Assembly (NCBI GenBank): GCA_051362555.1 | Contig: CM120646.1 | Location: 10,168,001 to 10,232,000 of the forward strand | Length of the DNA: 64,000 bases | Reading direction: 5' to 3' | Source: Lingula anatina | Taxonomy: Eukaryota; Animalia; Brachiopoda | Shown here: in pieces, positions 63,090 to 64,000 of the stretch | Position numbering within the stretch: position 1 is the stretch's first letter | How the letters are laid out: every line of letters starts with the position of its first letter | Program-made: the position numbers and the translations under genes | Notes under the pieces: model-generated | What the model saw: only the letters and a program-made list of their open reading frames with translations | Told to the model about the DNA's origin: nothing | The model's database searches: none

Positions 63090-63913
63090 TTAAAAGACTG
63101 GAATTTTGTCTCTTGGGGTCCTCACTAAGTCATCATCCAAGGTGAGAAGAATCTGAAACAAAATAATTACAAGCTAGACTGATAACTGCAATTTTAAGAT
63201 ATAACTGGACTTTGAGTTTTCCTAGTAACAAAAAAAAACAAAACAAAAAAAAAATGCACCAAATAAAACATTGCAATTTATAACAAGAAAGATATTGTGC
63301 AGATTTCAGGCCAATATTTAATATGTCTACTACAAAAAATGAGAGAAACAATAAAAAATGAAATATAAACTGATATGTGTGTCCTGATGAAAAATATATA
63401 CTTCCAGTAAATTTTCAACTTTTTATTTCCTATACTAACTTTTCAAAGTGCACTTGTGACAGCTTGCATTGCAACACTTGACTATTTACATTTGAAAACT
63501 GAGACCATCACTGAACAAGGACCGAGGTAGGCATAACCTGTCTCATATATGGGACAGTACTTCAGTGAGCAGCTGTCACTCCCTTGTTTACTATACACTG
63601 TCTCCTGACATCTGTACATGTGTGCTTGATCAAGGAATTATATCCAATATAATTCCCTGGCTTGATGAAGTCCCAAGTTTTAGGACGAAAGCTTTCACAG
63701 GTATGCTTTCCAATAGTTGATGAAGGAAAGTTTACTCTACATGTGTGAGTGTGTGTGAGACAGAGAGAGAGACAGAGAGAGAGAGAGAGAGCGTCTCACC
63801 ATAAATGACAGAAAGAGGGCAGTAGCTGACAGGAAGTGCCACACGTCATGTTGGTCGTAGAACTGCAGTAGCATGCATGGTTGGTTACCTTCTCGAGACT
63901 GAGCAGGGGTCAA
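63090..63913 (-). CDS. SIDT: SID-1 transmembrane family (SIDT1/2-like) protein, last two exons: 63913..63800 and 63152..63090; gene continues beyond the window
   Basis: [38 protein letters not shown] + [20 protein letters not shown] matches the conserved SIDT C-terminus (TPA.SR..N..C.LL.F.D.HD.WHFLS...LLTLDDDL...RDKI.VF). Phase-0 GT-AG intron. Confidence 0.95.
63741..63791. repeat. (GT)/(GA)n microsatellite in the last SIDT intron
   Basis: Direct observation. Confidence 0.9.
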
Positions 63914-64000
63914 CTGGAAAAATATATTTACCTGTCTAAGTATCATTTCCTTTTGCATAAATTAAAGTAATTTGTGACATATTGATCTAGAGATTGGTCT

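Overview
AT-rich animal genomic DNA with GT-AG introns and a repeat set typical of marine invertebrates. It is not prokaryotic and has no CRISPR array. (1) 1-17.5 kb is the edge of a satellite array. 193-bp monomers are organised into a 2,299-bp higher-order repeat, each unit carrying an exon-like cassette (3' splice site, candidate donor, AATAAA), and the array decays rightwards into old monomers interrupted by a Helentron/HINE-like insertion. (2) 17.5-49.7 kb is repeat-rich. It holds many MITEs, two paralogous spliced but apparently non-coding loci on the minus strand, and a full-length two-ORF RTEX-like LINE (27.9-34.6 kb). Its ORF1p fuses an HPD-less DnaJ/J-domain, a TBP-like module, a coiled coil and an SGNH esterase. 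(3) 49.7-53.0 kb is an ISL2EU (Harbinger-related) transposon with an intact spliced THAP-DDE transposase and a truncated partner gene. (4) 53.5-64 kb holds a complete 7-exon Cut8/Sts1-family gene (+) converging on the last two exons of a SID-1/SIDT gene (-). Most short ORFs in the supplied track are spurious. All family assignments come from motif recognition by eye, not database searches.
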